From NCBI GenBank assembly GCA_951406725.2, contig OX597816.1, positions 146,320,001-146,384,000 on the forward strand: a stretch of 64,000 bases of DNA. The letters are read 5' to 3'. This DNA comes from Octopus vulgaris (Eukaryota). A model generated the notes under the pieces. That model made no database searches. It was not told where the DNA came from and saw nothing but the letters and a program-made list of their open reading frames with translations. Both the position numbers and the translations under genes were made by a program. Within the stretch, counting starts at the first letter, position 1, and the number at the start of each line of letters is the position of its first letter. Shown piece by piece: positions 41,060 through 54,375 of the stretch.

Positions 41060-41810
41060 TGCTATAACGCCCATTTACGACTGAACTCAAGGGATTTTCT
41101 TGATGAGGTGGACACTATTTTGATCGTTGAGCACTGATTGGCTGTATGAAAATGAGTTCATAACTGGATTCTGGAACAGATGTGGGATAAAAGATTTCGC
41201 GTGCAGGCGAATTTGCAGATTGATTCCGAGAACAAGGGACCAAAAATACGCCGGTTCAAGAGAGGACATAGAACAAGCCTAGTTCTCAGCTGCTTGGACT
41301 ACAGTACTCATCTGCGCTCATTATATTGTATCAAATTAATAGCGGAACACATATGTACACAAAGATATAAATACATACATACAGTTCAGGGATGCTATAT
41401 CAGGAAGATTGCATTTATGGAACAGCTGAGTTACTAGAAGTGTCTAAATGAGCTACGAATCTACTCCATGGAGTGACCATTGGACAGATATGGAATGATA
41501 TACGTAGGGAAGATTCTGGAGGGGTTGGCACCACCAAAATTTTGGCTATATCAGACCCCCAAACTGGACGTCAATGTTTTGTTCCAAAGATCCTAGTTAT
41601 CTGGTCTAGACTGAGGAATATGTGCTGCAATTCTTTACGATTGAAGGGATCGTTGCTATTTAATACCTTGCCAAAACACTTCAGAGATCAACAAGGAGAA
41701 GAGGAAAATTTTTTCAAGGAGCGACTTGACCTCCGGATGCCCAGGGTTCCACATAAATCTACATTGTTGAAGAGAAGCTCAAAAGGGAGCATTAGTATCA
41801 AACTTTCTCT
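41060..41810 (+). mobile_element. CR1-group LINE RT C-terminal relic
   Basis: LVLSCLDYS, MEQLSY*KCLNELRIYSME, RYGMIYVGKILEGLAP and NSLRLKGSLLFNTLPKHFRD. Confidence 0.75.
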
Positions 41811-41909
41811 TTAAAGTAAAAACCAGTTACAAAATAATGGCAACTGAAAAGTTGATAACACTGGCGGTGCCCCAGCATGGCCACAATCTTTGGACAGAAA
41901 CGCATAAAA

Positions 41910-41973
<64 letters not shown>

Positions 41974-42108
41974 GTGTGTATGTGTGCGTGTGCATACATA
42001 TATATAAATGTGTATATATTTATATACACGCACACATATATATATATGTATACATGAACATACATATATACACAATCTTTCATTCATATACATTCATATA
42101 TATTAATA

Positions 42109-42188
<80 letters not shown>

Positions 42189-42646
42189 TATTTAGTAACA
42201 ACTATTTGAGTTATTTGGATTTAGCAGCTAAGATAAATTTGCTGTAAAACAGCTAAAAATAAAAATTTTATTGCCCATTTATTCAAGAGTGAGGTTAAGT
42301 TTATTCTAGATTTTATAAGCAGTTACGTTTGTGAAATCCTAATATGAATTTTGATTTCATAAAAACACCTAAGATCAATAAGAAACATTGAATTATAAAA
42401 ATTCAAAATTTTCATAATTCTTAATATCATTATTTCTCCAACCATTAGTAGAAGTAATAAATAAGTATAAAGGAAAAAAAGGTAATATGATGTTTAAAAA
42501 AAAAAAAATTCCCGTAACCATTATGAGGGATATAATTATCGGGGTACGAGTTGTTATTTGCAGGATTTACACGCATGCATCCATATATAAGCATCAGTGT
42601 ATGTGTGTGTGTGCGTGTGTGTGGTGTATTTGTGTGTGCCTTTCTC

Positions 42647-42680
<34 letters not shown>

Positions 42681-42683
42681 CAC

Positions 42684-43094
42684 TCTTTTACTCTTTTACT
42701 TATTTCAGTCATCTGACTGTGACCATGCTTGAGCACTGCCTCTAGTCAAGCAAACCGACTCCAGGACTTATTCTTTGTAAGCCTAGTATCGATTTCTTTT
42801 TTTGCCGAACCACTAAGTTACGGGGACGTAAATATACCAGCATCGGTTGTCAAGCGATGTTGGGGGGATAAACGCAAACAGACAAACATATACACACGCG
42901 CATACATATATATATATATATATACATATATACGACGGGCTTCTTTCAGTTTCCGTCTACCAAATCCACTCACAAGGGCTTGGTCGGCCCGAAGCTATAG
43001 TAGAAGACACTTGCCCAAGGTGCCACGCAGTGGGACTGAACCCGAAACCTTGCGGTTTGTAAGCAAGCTACTTACTAGACAGTCACTCCTACAC

Positions 43095-43095
<1 letters not shown>
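42684..43095 (-). mobile_element. SINE family A, full copy
   Basis: Reverse complement of 38767-39158 with high similarity. Confidence 0.9.
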
Positions 43096-43128
<33 letters not shown>

Positions 43129-43249
43129 GTGGGTGTATATGTATATATGCGTTTATTTATGTATGTGTCTCTTTTACATTTTTATTATTTTCCACTGAGG
43201 AGGGCACCGGTTTACAACAAAAATGTAACTATGTATGTATGTATTAAAT

Positions 43250-43790
43250 GTATATACTACTGTACGTTTGCATGACACCGCAGGAATGTGAAAATTGTAT
43301 GCTAACTTTGGTTAGCTTCAACGTTTCTGATACTTGGAAACGTTTTGTGGGATGACAATATCTGCCTGGTGGATAAATTCTACAATCTTGAAACTCTCAC
43401 CACTGATCAATCACTTGATGACGTTTGAGATCGCGCACACAAAACCTACGCATCGACAATGAAGTATAATACACCAAATAACGTATTTTATTTTCGATTT
43501 GTCCATGAAGTCTTTTAATTTGTTTGTTTTTATGTCCAAATAATGTTCCGACAGGACAATGGCCTTTTATGTTACCGTAAGAATCACATGATCCGTGTAA
43601 AGAAACCTGAAAACATTGACTTACATCGTTTTCCTCCTCGTATATGTTAACCAATGACAAGTTATATAATATTTTTCTCTTGTCCACTCAAAGTATTTTT
43701 CAGAATAGCATCCGACAAATATCAATATTGAAATATCAGTCATCATACTAATCTATCAGCTAAAAAAGAAAATTGGTCATTGTATGTGTG
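43250..43790 (-). mobile_element. Possible hAT transposase relic
   Basis: Minus-strand fragments FSFLAD..TDISILIFV, TLFGHKNK..KRL and LHCRC appear in the order of the hAT DE(S/T)TD, MxGxxxG and HCxxH motifs. Heavily decayed. Confidence 0.4.
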
Positions 43791-45848
43791 CATACTTACG
43801 TATCAATATATATGTGTTTTTATGCGTATGTGTGTGAAAGCATGTTGAATTTGAGTATTGTGCTGCATATTCTCATTATAGTTTCATATTTAAATTTTCG
43901 TAACGTTGGTGAATAGATAACAAAAAAACCTTTAGAAATAGGGCGAATTAAATCTACGTTAATATTTAAAACGAAATCTCGTTTACAGTTGTAAAACGAA
44001 TCAATTAACAGCAAATGATAAAAATTTATACATCAAAGTTGTAATTATATTTCAATTAACCAATACGTATACAGTGTTCCAAGCTTTGAAATGTAATATT
44101 TTAAAATTCATTTAAAGCTATTAGCAATAATGGTCTCAATTCTTCCTGCAACACAATACCGCATAAAACTTTAGGGAATGTAATTTCGCAACGTAGTTTC
44201 CATGTCAGAATGCGCAATTCTCTTTAAGTATACGCATCTATATAATTAGTGGGTTGTTTTTACTCTTCTTTAGTCGCATTAGCCCTGATCTCTTATATCT
44301 ATGACGAAATGTTACCCAACCATGGACATTCTGCCTTTTTTTAGGTATAATGTGCTTCACATTATTATTTTATTATGTTGTTCTCATCCAAAAGACATCC
44401 CTCATTAGACATCTTCACCTCTGTTGGGAAAACTGATATCATTCTTACGTAATATCTCCAAATTCTTTGAAGATGATTTACTGGTAATGGAAGAAAGATT
44501 CAAATGTTCAAGAAATGCATAATACTTGATTAAATATATTAAAAATCCATATTATCAGGATTTTAATATGCCCTTAATTATAAAGCTTTAAACAATGAAA
44601 TCAAGTAGAATGTTTTTTTCGAATTTCGCAGTAGTAAACAGACCATTCAAGCTCTCCAACCAGAAACAACACGTTCATCTTCCAGTCGTGTTGATCTAAT
44701 GATTGAATTTACAGTCAATATCTATCGTATGAGATCATCAAAGCGCATGAAAAGAAAAAAGAAACCGTAAATAACATACGTTACGAGCATAATTTAGATG
44801 AATGAACATCGCACGCACTGACTTGCAACGATAGTCATGGAAGAGATATATCAATACTTGACGTTATATCCATAAATATTACACTCATTCCGTTCACTGA
44901 CTCTCCCTTGCATCTCATAAGCAATGACAACTGAATACTCTCTTGATAATTACATGAAGTCTGAATTACATTCCTGAATGAATGAATACGAATATATCCG
45001 CGCGCACACTTGCACATACACACACACACACGTACACACATATATTTATAAATAATACATGTACATACATGTACATATGCACCCAGGTGTATATACACAT
45101 ATGTACGCACATATAGATACGTATATGTGCACAAACATATAAATACATAAATATATATACACGCGCGCACACACACACAAACAAACACCACATGCACGCG
45201 CACGCACACACAAATACCACATGCATGCGCACTCACACATCCATTTATATGTGTGTGTGTGTGTGTGTGTGTGTATCATTATGTATACATATATACACGC
45301 ATGCAACTCATGTATATATTGAATTAAAACCACCTTCCTATGATGTAATCTGAATCACAGGTGTAAATTTTCAGATTCTTATACTTGGAGGTTTTGTTTA
45401 CTGAGAATCCAATCGCAGCTTCTAATTGGCTTCTAAAAGTACTGTATATTTCACTCTGTGCATATATATCTCAGGAATTACTACCAACTACATGAACCTA
45501 TACATGTGTAGATAATTACGCAAATCATGAGTTGTTCATTACGCCTAATTTAAATTTGACCATCTTTTTATATTTCTCATTATATATTATTTTTTTTGTT
45601 TTTGCCTTTTTGGGATGAAACGCATACGTTGATTTGATCGAGTATAGAAACATTAATAATATCTGATTTTTCGTTATATTGGAATAGAAATGAAATACCC
45701 AAAGCAGATATTTTTTCACGCACATATATATTTACCTATTTATTAACATCAGACCACTCAGCATTCTTCGGGCTAGTTTGCTGATACTCACACAAATCTA
45801 TAGCTTATGTGTTTCAGTGAAATTTCTACAAAGGAATAACGTGTTATT

Positions 45849-45926
<78 letters not shown>

Positions 45927-45928
45927 GG

Positions 45929-45962
<34 letters not shown>

Positions 45963-46134
45963 TGTATATATAGGGAGAGTTTACGAAAAATAAAACAGGT
46001 GGTGTACAAAACAAACAGATGTATTAGTATAACGCTCATATATATATACATTACAGACACAGTGACCTACATCTGAAGTTCTACCTTGAGTAAAATTGTG
46101 AGCCGAAATGACAGGATAACTTTATCCGTGCAAG

Positions 46135-46167
<33 letters not shown>

Positions 46168-48299
46168 AAATGTGTATTTGTGTGTGTGAGCAGGCATTCG
46201 TATGCATTGTGTATGACACGTGTTTGTGTAAATATGCAAAGACTTTCTGAAAAAGTGATTTGAATTAATGGTACTGTAATTATCCTACCATTCTTTGTCA
46301 TGTTATTGACATATTTTATCCAAAAATCTAATGGGTATGTATTTCGTCACGTAGGATTTATAGAATTTCTAACTTCTTGTGTTTATTTAATTGCATTTGT
46401 TTTCCAAGATTCCTGATGTGAAATCGTGTGTTGAAACAGATACTGTTAAAAGGGTCCGTTTTTGTCAGAGAATTACACGCACTATATACACTTTCTTCAT
46501 TTCAGCTTCATCATTTTTTCTTATTTTAGTGTCCGTTGTCTTAAATCTTTCGACATCCTGTGATCTCTTTAGCGACTCTCTATCCTAAGCATCGCCTGCT
46601 TCCCTCTTTATACCATTTAGAAAACTGAAGTGACTAACGAGTGTATAATGCATGTGTTTATTTTGCAACAAATGACCATCAAAATAACAATATGTTTTTT
46701 TAATTTCTCCTCTTTTTTTCTAAGTATTTGATATAATGTCCGACATCATGATTCTTATTATAACAGCTAAAATTCGAGAACGGTGAACATTGTGTTCATC
46801 CTTACCTCAGTTAGTTATTTGTAATAACATACCAAGAAAAGTTATATTTATAATTGCCTACACGGCAAAGAATTACATTTGAGTGAATCCTCCATGTTAG
46901 TAAGCACAAACTCACTATGTAATATAGAGCTTAATATTTTGATAGATCGTGCAATAGAGAATGACTTCTTTTCTTTGTTGTCATTTTATTCGGATTTAAT
47001 TGAATTTTCTTTTGTGATGTACGCATCGTAAATGGTAACAAAAGCACACCAATATATTTTGACGCAAGCCTAATGTATGCAATAATAGCACTTGGACTAA
47101 CTGTTCAACAGAAGCTTAATTGCTCTAGCAATGATTCCTCATTATATTTGTTGACATTCTAAAATAAATTTATATCAACCGAATGAAAATACGTGAAATT
47201 TCTTTAAACATGGCAGTCATTTATGAGAAACTGCGTGATCTGTTTATTTAACGCTATATTAGGTTTTATGGCAGGTGAAAGCGTCAATTGTACGATGTTT
47301 AAACCACATAGTAGTTTTCTACTAAAATTTGTACAAGTAAACATGAACTGAGGCAATTTATCAGAAGAAATAAGTTACTAATATAGACGTATTGTCATTT
47401 GAATTATTGAATATAGCAAAGATGTAGTGTATTAATGGTGTATTATGTCATGTTTTAAAACAAAATATGATACAAGATGCTTGTAAACAATATCCTTTAA
47501 GCAATTCTACAGGCCAATTGACCTAACAGTCATTTAAAAGTGCACAAAGGCAAATATATTGAAGAACCTCACAGAATCTCTCAAATACACAACGTTTTCT
47601 CTGGTTGATAACACAATTGCATTAATGCCATTGTATTACGCACTGCGGAAAAATTAAAACAAGGACCGGTCCCAGTATGATTGAAACTTGTAGTGCAAAC
47701 ATCATAGCTAAATACATCAGAGAGTTTAGTTCGTCATTCTGATTATTCTACCAGGCCCAAAATTTTAAATTCAATTTCATTGTTTGGCTTAAGGTCACAC
47801 GTTTTCAGGGGTTATTCATTCTATAATTGGTTTATGATTTATAAATATGACAAACAGGAAATGCAACGCCGATATTATCCGTAGTAAAGAGAGTGTGTAC
47901 AACGATATAATTAGGTAGTAAATTACATTCTGGTAGCCTATTTTTTTTTATCTTTCTCCCTCCCATTTCCTTTAATTTTATGAATGAAAAAATAAATTCC
48001 ATTTCCTCAACTAACTACTCATCTACATTTTTCGTCCACCTGTCTCTTAGACCAGAGCTATATATTTTTCCCCCTTGCAATTACCTTCTCTACAACCTTC
48101 AGTGTTAATAACATTCAATTTATTATGCTGAATATGTAATGGATAACTGGTATGGTTTTATATTACGTCTATTATTCATATCTAGAGCTGAGTGATATCT
48201 TTTACGTGTGCTTAAAATGTTTGTATTAGTTCTTAATAGTTACGTCTTTATGTGGCTAAATCTGATCAGTTTCTTTTGCTCCTACAGCCTACAGATATC

Positions 48300-49400
48300 T
48301 CTTGGTGGTTCTGTTTTCATAAACAGATTTATCACCCAAATCTAATTTACTTAGTTTTAATGAAATTACTCTCTTTACTTTTATTTTTTCTGAACAATTT
48401 TGATGGTTCTCTAGCACTGTATTTATCCACATCGAAACATTTTTTTATCATACATGATCTTCTGAAGTAAATTTGTTAATTAAATCAAAGCTACATTGAA
48501 GTTTAAAAAGAGATATTTGTCTTTCTCAAAGATTTCTCTTCCAACTACTATAGGGATTTAGTGTGTATTATTTATTTGACTACGTATGTTTACTTATAGT
48601 GATATGCTAGTTTACCATATTCACATAGTATGGTTATGTTCTTGTAACTGTTTTGTTTATACATTATAAAGCGTTTCCACAACCCGTCATTATAACTACT
48701 ATGAAATGGTTTTAGAAAATCAATCCATAGTATGATTGTGGTTTTTACCTCTTAGTCTTTTCTTAATTTCACGGTTCACTAGTCTCCATTCAAATATCAT
48801 TTTCCTAAAGCCATTGGTTCTTCTGGTTGATGTTAATAGTTGACACACAACTAATGAACATGTTTTATATCAGTTAAAGTTTCTTACCATATATTTAACA
48901 TTTATGCAAGCTATTTATTACTGCGTGCTTTCAGGGCAATGCAGCTTTGTACAGTAAAGTTACGTGCTGTGATTCGATTTGGTTTTGTATTTTTATTGCA
49001 TTGAAAATTTTTATGTGATATATACGGAGTGTCTAGTAATGTTGGTAACCGCATACACTACATATTGGTTAAACATGAAAGATTTTACTTTGTTTCAAAG
49101 GTATTTATTGTAATAATCCGTTTTGTGTTTCCAATGCTCCATGTTCTGGTTATCTCTATTTCAAGATCTTTATCTTTAACTTTAGATAAATTTCTCCATT
49201 TGCCTTACAGAACATTATCGTCTGCTTGTTTTGGCAACTCGGATAAAGGCAAAATTCCTTGGTGATTGTTTTCTGGTCATTTTACTCGCAGTCTCCATAT
49301 ATTTTACTGTTACTTAATGTCTTTCTCCTTCATCGAATTCGTAATTTCTCTCAAGAAAACAACATATTAATGTCATCAATATGGCAGCTCTTTTATCTGC
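48300..49400 (-). mobile_element. Ancient R4-like RT relic
   Basis: Minus strand gives PEEP (cf. PEEQ) followed by ILWIDFLKPFHS at 48698-48733 (cf. AWIDYKKAFDS). Boundaries are uncertain. Confidence 0.45.
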
Positions 49401-50527
49401 GACGTTATGGTTTGGAAGAAATTGTTATATGTATGTTTATTTGATACTGTTCCATAAATGAAATGATAATATATTATAACAGTACTAAATATTGTGTATT
49501 GAAACGAGGAATTACAAGAAGTTACAAACACTATTATATACTTATCTATGTGAATGTAAGAGTGTGCATATGTGTGTGAGCTTCATTATTTTTATTCAGA
49601 TATATTTAGAATTGGCCACAATTATAAAATTTCGGATGAAGGAACAGCACAAACAAATTTCCAAGTAATGAAATGAAAACCTTTTAGATATGAAAAACAA
49701 CATTAATATAATAAATTTCACTACATATTCGGCTATATTATTAAAACCTAACATATGAAACATTATTACTTGCTTATCAACAGTAAACAAAAATATCAAT
49801 ACAAATTGGAAACTAAAATATACAAGAAATTATTTAAACAGTTGATACTAACTAAATATTACTGCATTATTTAGATAGTTCCATGGCATATCAACATGGG
49901 TAAAGGTCTTAAAAGAATTATCAGTTTTGCGTTGCGATATGGCAAAAAAATTACTTAATTAATATTTGCCATCAATAGTTTAGTGTAATTATATATGACC
50001 GCCAGAACAGGATGCAATATAAAAATAAATTTGCAAACGTTTCTCAGAAACCATATAAAAATAATATTTTATCCTTCTTGGCACAAAGAATTTAAATTTC
50101 AAATATTATCTATTAATCATTTAATCTTTCTATCCTTTATTTGCATGCAACCCGAGAGAAATAAAAATGTACCAAGCGATTTTTCAGATAATGAACAATA
50201 GACATCCGTGAAGAAGATAAACACATTTATATTAAAAGTGTGAGGAATGATATGCGTAAAATATTCAGAAATAGGAAAAGATTATGTTTTCGAAAAATTA
50301 TTTTGCATTCAACGGAATGAAAAAATAATGCAAATCTATGGCAAGATGAGATCAAAACAAAAGAAATTAATGATACGCTAAAATGATTAATATAAAAGCA
50401 CTTGCTGTCAGAGTACTTAAATTTCTTAATATTACTTTACAATTTTTACAGATGATTGAAAATAGGTTAAAAATGAAAAGAATAACTATTAAAACTCCTT
50501 TACTTCAAGAAGAAGTGGAAACACTCG

Positions 50528-50624
50528 GTGTCCTATAAATAGGACACTGAAACAATTTGATATAGCTTATTTAATGTTCTTATTTAGTGTCCTATTCATA
50601 GGACAGTGGGACTTAAAGGGTTAA
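50528..50624. mobile_element. piggyBac-like transposon terminus
   Basis: Ends ...GGGACTTAAAGGG|TTAA (TTAA-CCCTTT on the minus strand). Two subterminal palindromes: GTGTCCTATAAATAGGACAC (50528-50547) and TGTCCTATTCATAGGACA (50588-50605). Confidence 0.7.
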
Positions 50625-51061
50625 TATAGTGCATTGAAACGAGCACATTAGAAAATAGAATCATGGAGAATTAAGAAGTTATGATCTGGAACTTCAAGAT
50701 AAATGTGTATGAATTTATTGTATTCAGAAAGGGCAGCCTCAATAAATTCGAGAATAACAGAAAATATTTTTAAATAATAGTTTTCCATGTTATCTGAAAG
50801 AACAATATTGTGAAATAAAGCATGTGGGAAGCCAAGGCACAAAGAATAATTGAAATCAAAGGATAAATAGTGAATTATTGTGACAAGAATATAACAAACA
50901 CCTGCCCTCATTGATCTGGCATGCACGGATTGTGTATTCATTATTTTTGTCTCCAACTAATCTAATTCTTTCTGTTGCTTCTTGAATGAAGATGAATTAA
51001 TCTGGAAATGTCCAGTTTCACACAAAACACCTGTGAGATACTTGTGAGATATGAATTTCGA

Positions 51062-51062
51062 T

Positions 51063-51146
<84 letters not shown>

Positions 51147-51185
51147 TAATAATAATAACAACAGCAACAACAACAACAACAACAT
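51062..51185. repeat. Compound (TAC)n(TAA)n(AAC)n microsatellite
   Basis: Seen directly in the sequence. Confidence 0.95.
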
Positions 51186-52005
51186 CAAATACAGAATAGA
51201 CAAATAATGAACCAATTACATCAAATACAGAATAGAAAGCACATCAAAAATTGAGAAGTGAAGAATTATATCAAATACAGAACAGACAAAAATAATGAAC
51301 CAATTACATCAAATACAGAATAGACAACATATCAGATAGTGATATGTGTGATGAATTTGTGAACAAAATAGTGAAACCGTATGAAATATTACCAGTCAGT
51401 GTACGTCACTAGTCCAGAAAGAATATAAGAGACGCCATGACAATATAAAAAGGGGTGTTCATTGGACAATTTGCAACAAGTATGGACTTGACAGAGCAAA
51501 AGAGTGGTACGAACATAAACCCGAGGGTATAATCGTAAATGATAATGCAAAAATCCTGTTGGATTTTATGATTCGGTTCGGCCATGAGATACAGAATAGG
51601 AAAACAGACATAATGTCAATTGAGAGAGAAAGAAAACTTTGCTGGATCATAGATATAGCATGCCCAGCTGACAAGGTATGCGATAAGGAAGAAAGAAAAG
51701 TCGATAGATATGAAACGCTAGCTTGTGAGGTAAAGCAATTGTGGTCACTGAAAAAAGGTGGTAGTAGTACCAATAATTGTCGGAGCTCTGGGAACCGTGA
51801 GTAAAAATCTTGAGAAGTACATGCAACAAATATAGGCTGCAATAAGAGTAAAGCACTTGCAGAAAACAGCACTGCTTGGAACCACTCTAATACTCCGGAA
51901 GGCGCTCGAAATAGAAGAGGTGTTACCTTAGTTCACTGGTAGTGAACAGCTTACACCGTAGTACATCTTCAGCGTTAGAAGATGTGTTAAGGCAATAAAA
52001 GAATA
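51182..52005 (+). mobile_element. R4/Dong LINE 3' fragment (subfamily 1) between (TAA)n arrays
   Basis: NYIKYRID, RRHD, WYEHKPEG, IIDIACP and LQKTALLGT. Colinear with 22905-23597. Followed by (TAA)n at 52008-52091. Confidence 0.9.
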
Positions 52006-52008
52006 ATG

Positions 52009-52093
<85 letters not shown>

Positions 52094-52419
52094 GAAGAGT
52101 GCGATGCAATTGCAACAGATGTTTAATTTGTTGAACGATATTTCGACAGCTAACCTGTTGAGTTCAACATGAAAAGTGATACATACAAATGTAAAATTAC
52201 AGAAATTAAAATCCAAAATTTGACCGAGACAGCCAGCGTTTTTCAACGTTGATTGTATGGCATCACCAGAATTCACTACATCAACGTGGGAACGATTCTT
52301 GCCTCGTGCAAATTTTGGATTTGAATTTCTATAATTTTGAATTTTGACAGGTCTTGGAAAATAGCAGCAGAGATAACGTTGAAAACACAGTTCTTAAGAA
52401 TAAAAGTAATCTCATATCA

Positions 52420-53570
52420 CAGGAAAGGAGCAGAGGTAGATTACTCGCTGAGAGACATATAGATGATCTAAAATAAGAAAATAAATCTAATGGCGACATG
52501 ACAGATGAACAAAGGGCAATCTACGACAGAATAAAGGCAAGACAATAGGAGAACGATAGCGACATTATTGCAACCTTAAAAAGGCTGACCAGTGGAAGTT
52601 GAACCAAGAAACGAAAAATGTTAATGATATTCTGAGATGCATCAAAACAAACAACATCACAGAATGAATCGTTACCACCAGAATAGGTTATTCAGAGTAG
52701 ATCTGAAGAGACTCTATAAAGAAATAAATGGAGAGTGTACAGATGTAAAGTTGATGCCAGATAACAATGAAAGGTTTTGGAGTGACATCTGGAGCAAAGA
52801 CAAGGAGCACGAAAGGATGCTGAATGGTTGCAAGAACTGAAACAAGCAGTTGTCTGTCCAAAACAAACAGAATTGCTATTTTCAGTTAGGGAAGTGAAGG
52901 AAATCAGCAAAAAATTGAGCAACTGGAAGGTTCCGGCACCACACGGAGTTCAAGGCTACTGGATCAAAAGATTTGGTGAATGTCATTGGTAGACAACTAG
53001 AGGCAGATATCCTGTTTTCCAATTATGTGGAAGTTATTGACTGGGATTCGAATGCTCGCAGAGTCAATGTATGAACATAGGGAAAAATAGAGTTCTGCCA
53101 TATGAGCAGAAGTGTTGCAAGCGTAAGAGCAGAGGTACCAAGGATGGACTCCTGATAGGCAAAACTGTACTTCGAGACTGCAAGAGGATAAAAATAACTT
53201 AGCCATGTCTTGGATCGATTATCGTAAGGCGTACGATATAATCCCACACTCTTGGATATCGGAATGAATGAACCTATCTGGGATTGCATCGAATGTTGAA
53301 CGATTGCTTGGAAAAAGTATGGCGAATTGGAGGACGGACCTAACAGCATACGGAAGAAGTTTAGTGACAGTAGAAATCAGGAGGGGCATCTTCCAAGTGG
53401 ATTGCATGTCCCCACTGATCTTTCTACTGTGTTTGATACCACTAACACTGACATACAGGGAAGCAAATGCCGCTTATGTGCTAAAAGGCTGCCAATAAAA
53501 TGCCGACCATTTGTTATTCATGGATGGTCTCAAAATTTATGGTAAGGATGGAACCCAAGTCATTTATCTA
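52420..53570 (+). mobile_element. R4/Dong LINE RT fragment (subfamily 1), decayed
   Basis: QNRLFRVD, FWSDIW, NWKVPAPHGVQGYWIK, WIDYRKAYD, RRGIFQVD and HLLFMDGLK. Confidence 0.9.
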
Positions 53571-53744
53571 GTGAACGATATTTCGAGATCTTGGGTGTCT
53601 TCAACTGGTTCAAAAAATAAATTTGTTAATCTACTTCATTTTGGTTTATATAGAAAGAATTGAGTTAACTCCTCCTGAAGATATAGAGTCAAAATCAAAA
53701 GAGTGCCATTGTTATCTAGTGAACGATATTTCGACATCCGAGAA

Positions 53745-54375
53745 ATGATAATGAAGTACCCGCAAGGGAATATAGGAAAAGAATAAGCAGGGCTTGGAGA
53801 GACAGACGTCTGGTTGAATTAAGTGAACAAAATCTGTATGACCAACCAAGAGCCATCAGGAAGAATGAATGGTTATCTACAGTTGAACTAGAAAGCATTA
53901 AGGGACGGGTGTTTAGGGAAGTAAAAATAGCGGTAAACGGAAGGAAGTGGGAGAGAAAGCAGATAGGGAAATTATGGCAGTGGAGTTAAAGGAAGAAAAC
54001 GCGTATGAGACTAAAATTATTGATCAGGAAAGCGCTGAAAGAACCGAGGAACAAATATCCATTTTAAATGAAATCATTGATATTTGAAACTCTGGTGAAC
54101 AGAGCTTTCATACGGGGTTTTATAAAGTAGACAGAAGGAAACTAAATGAATGGGTCAGGAAAATAAATGATATCACTGGTGATATACGACTGAGAACATC
54201 ACATAATAACAATCTAATAAATGCAATCTCAATCTTTATTGCTCGGAAGTTAGGTTTGAACGCCAAAAGTAAATGTTAACATAAACTAAAGGAACCGTGG
54301 TGGAAAAGGAGAACAGCGCAGTCTATTAAGAACATCAGAAAGCATACTAGTATTCTTGAACGGAAAAAGAGAAAT
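53745..54375 (+). mobile_element. R4/Dong LINE N-terminal ORF fragment
   Basis: YRKRISRAWRD..SEQNLYDQPRAIRKNEWLSTVELE and EPWWKRR, as typically seen at the R4-clade N-terminus. Confidence 0.75.

Noticed and set aside
44632-44770. Open frame SKQTIQALQPETTRSSSSRVDL... after TTTCGCAG
   Set aside because: Its phase is incompatible with the phase-0 donor at 32960, and there is no recognisable homology.
46409-46588. Possible next exons (IPDVKSCVETDTVKR after TTTCCAAG, or TGT after TTTTAG at 46529)
   Set aside because: The first has a weak AAG acceptor and a poor donor. The second hits a stop after four codons in phase 0.
51182-51330. CRISPR-like spaced repeats
   Set aside because: Eukaryotic context, spacers are repeated, and the unit derives from LINE coding sequence.
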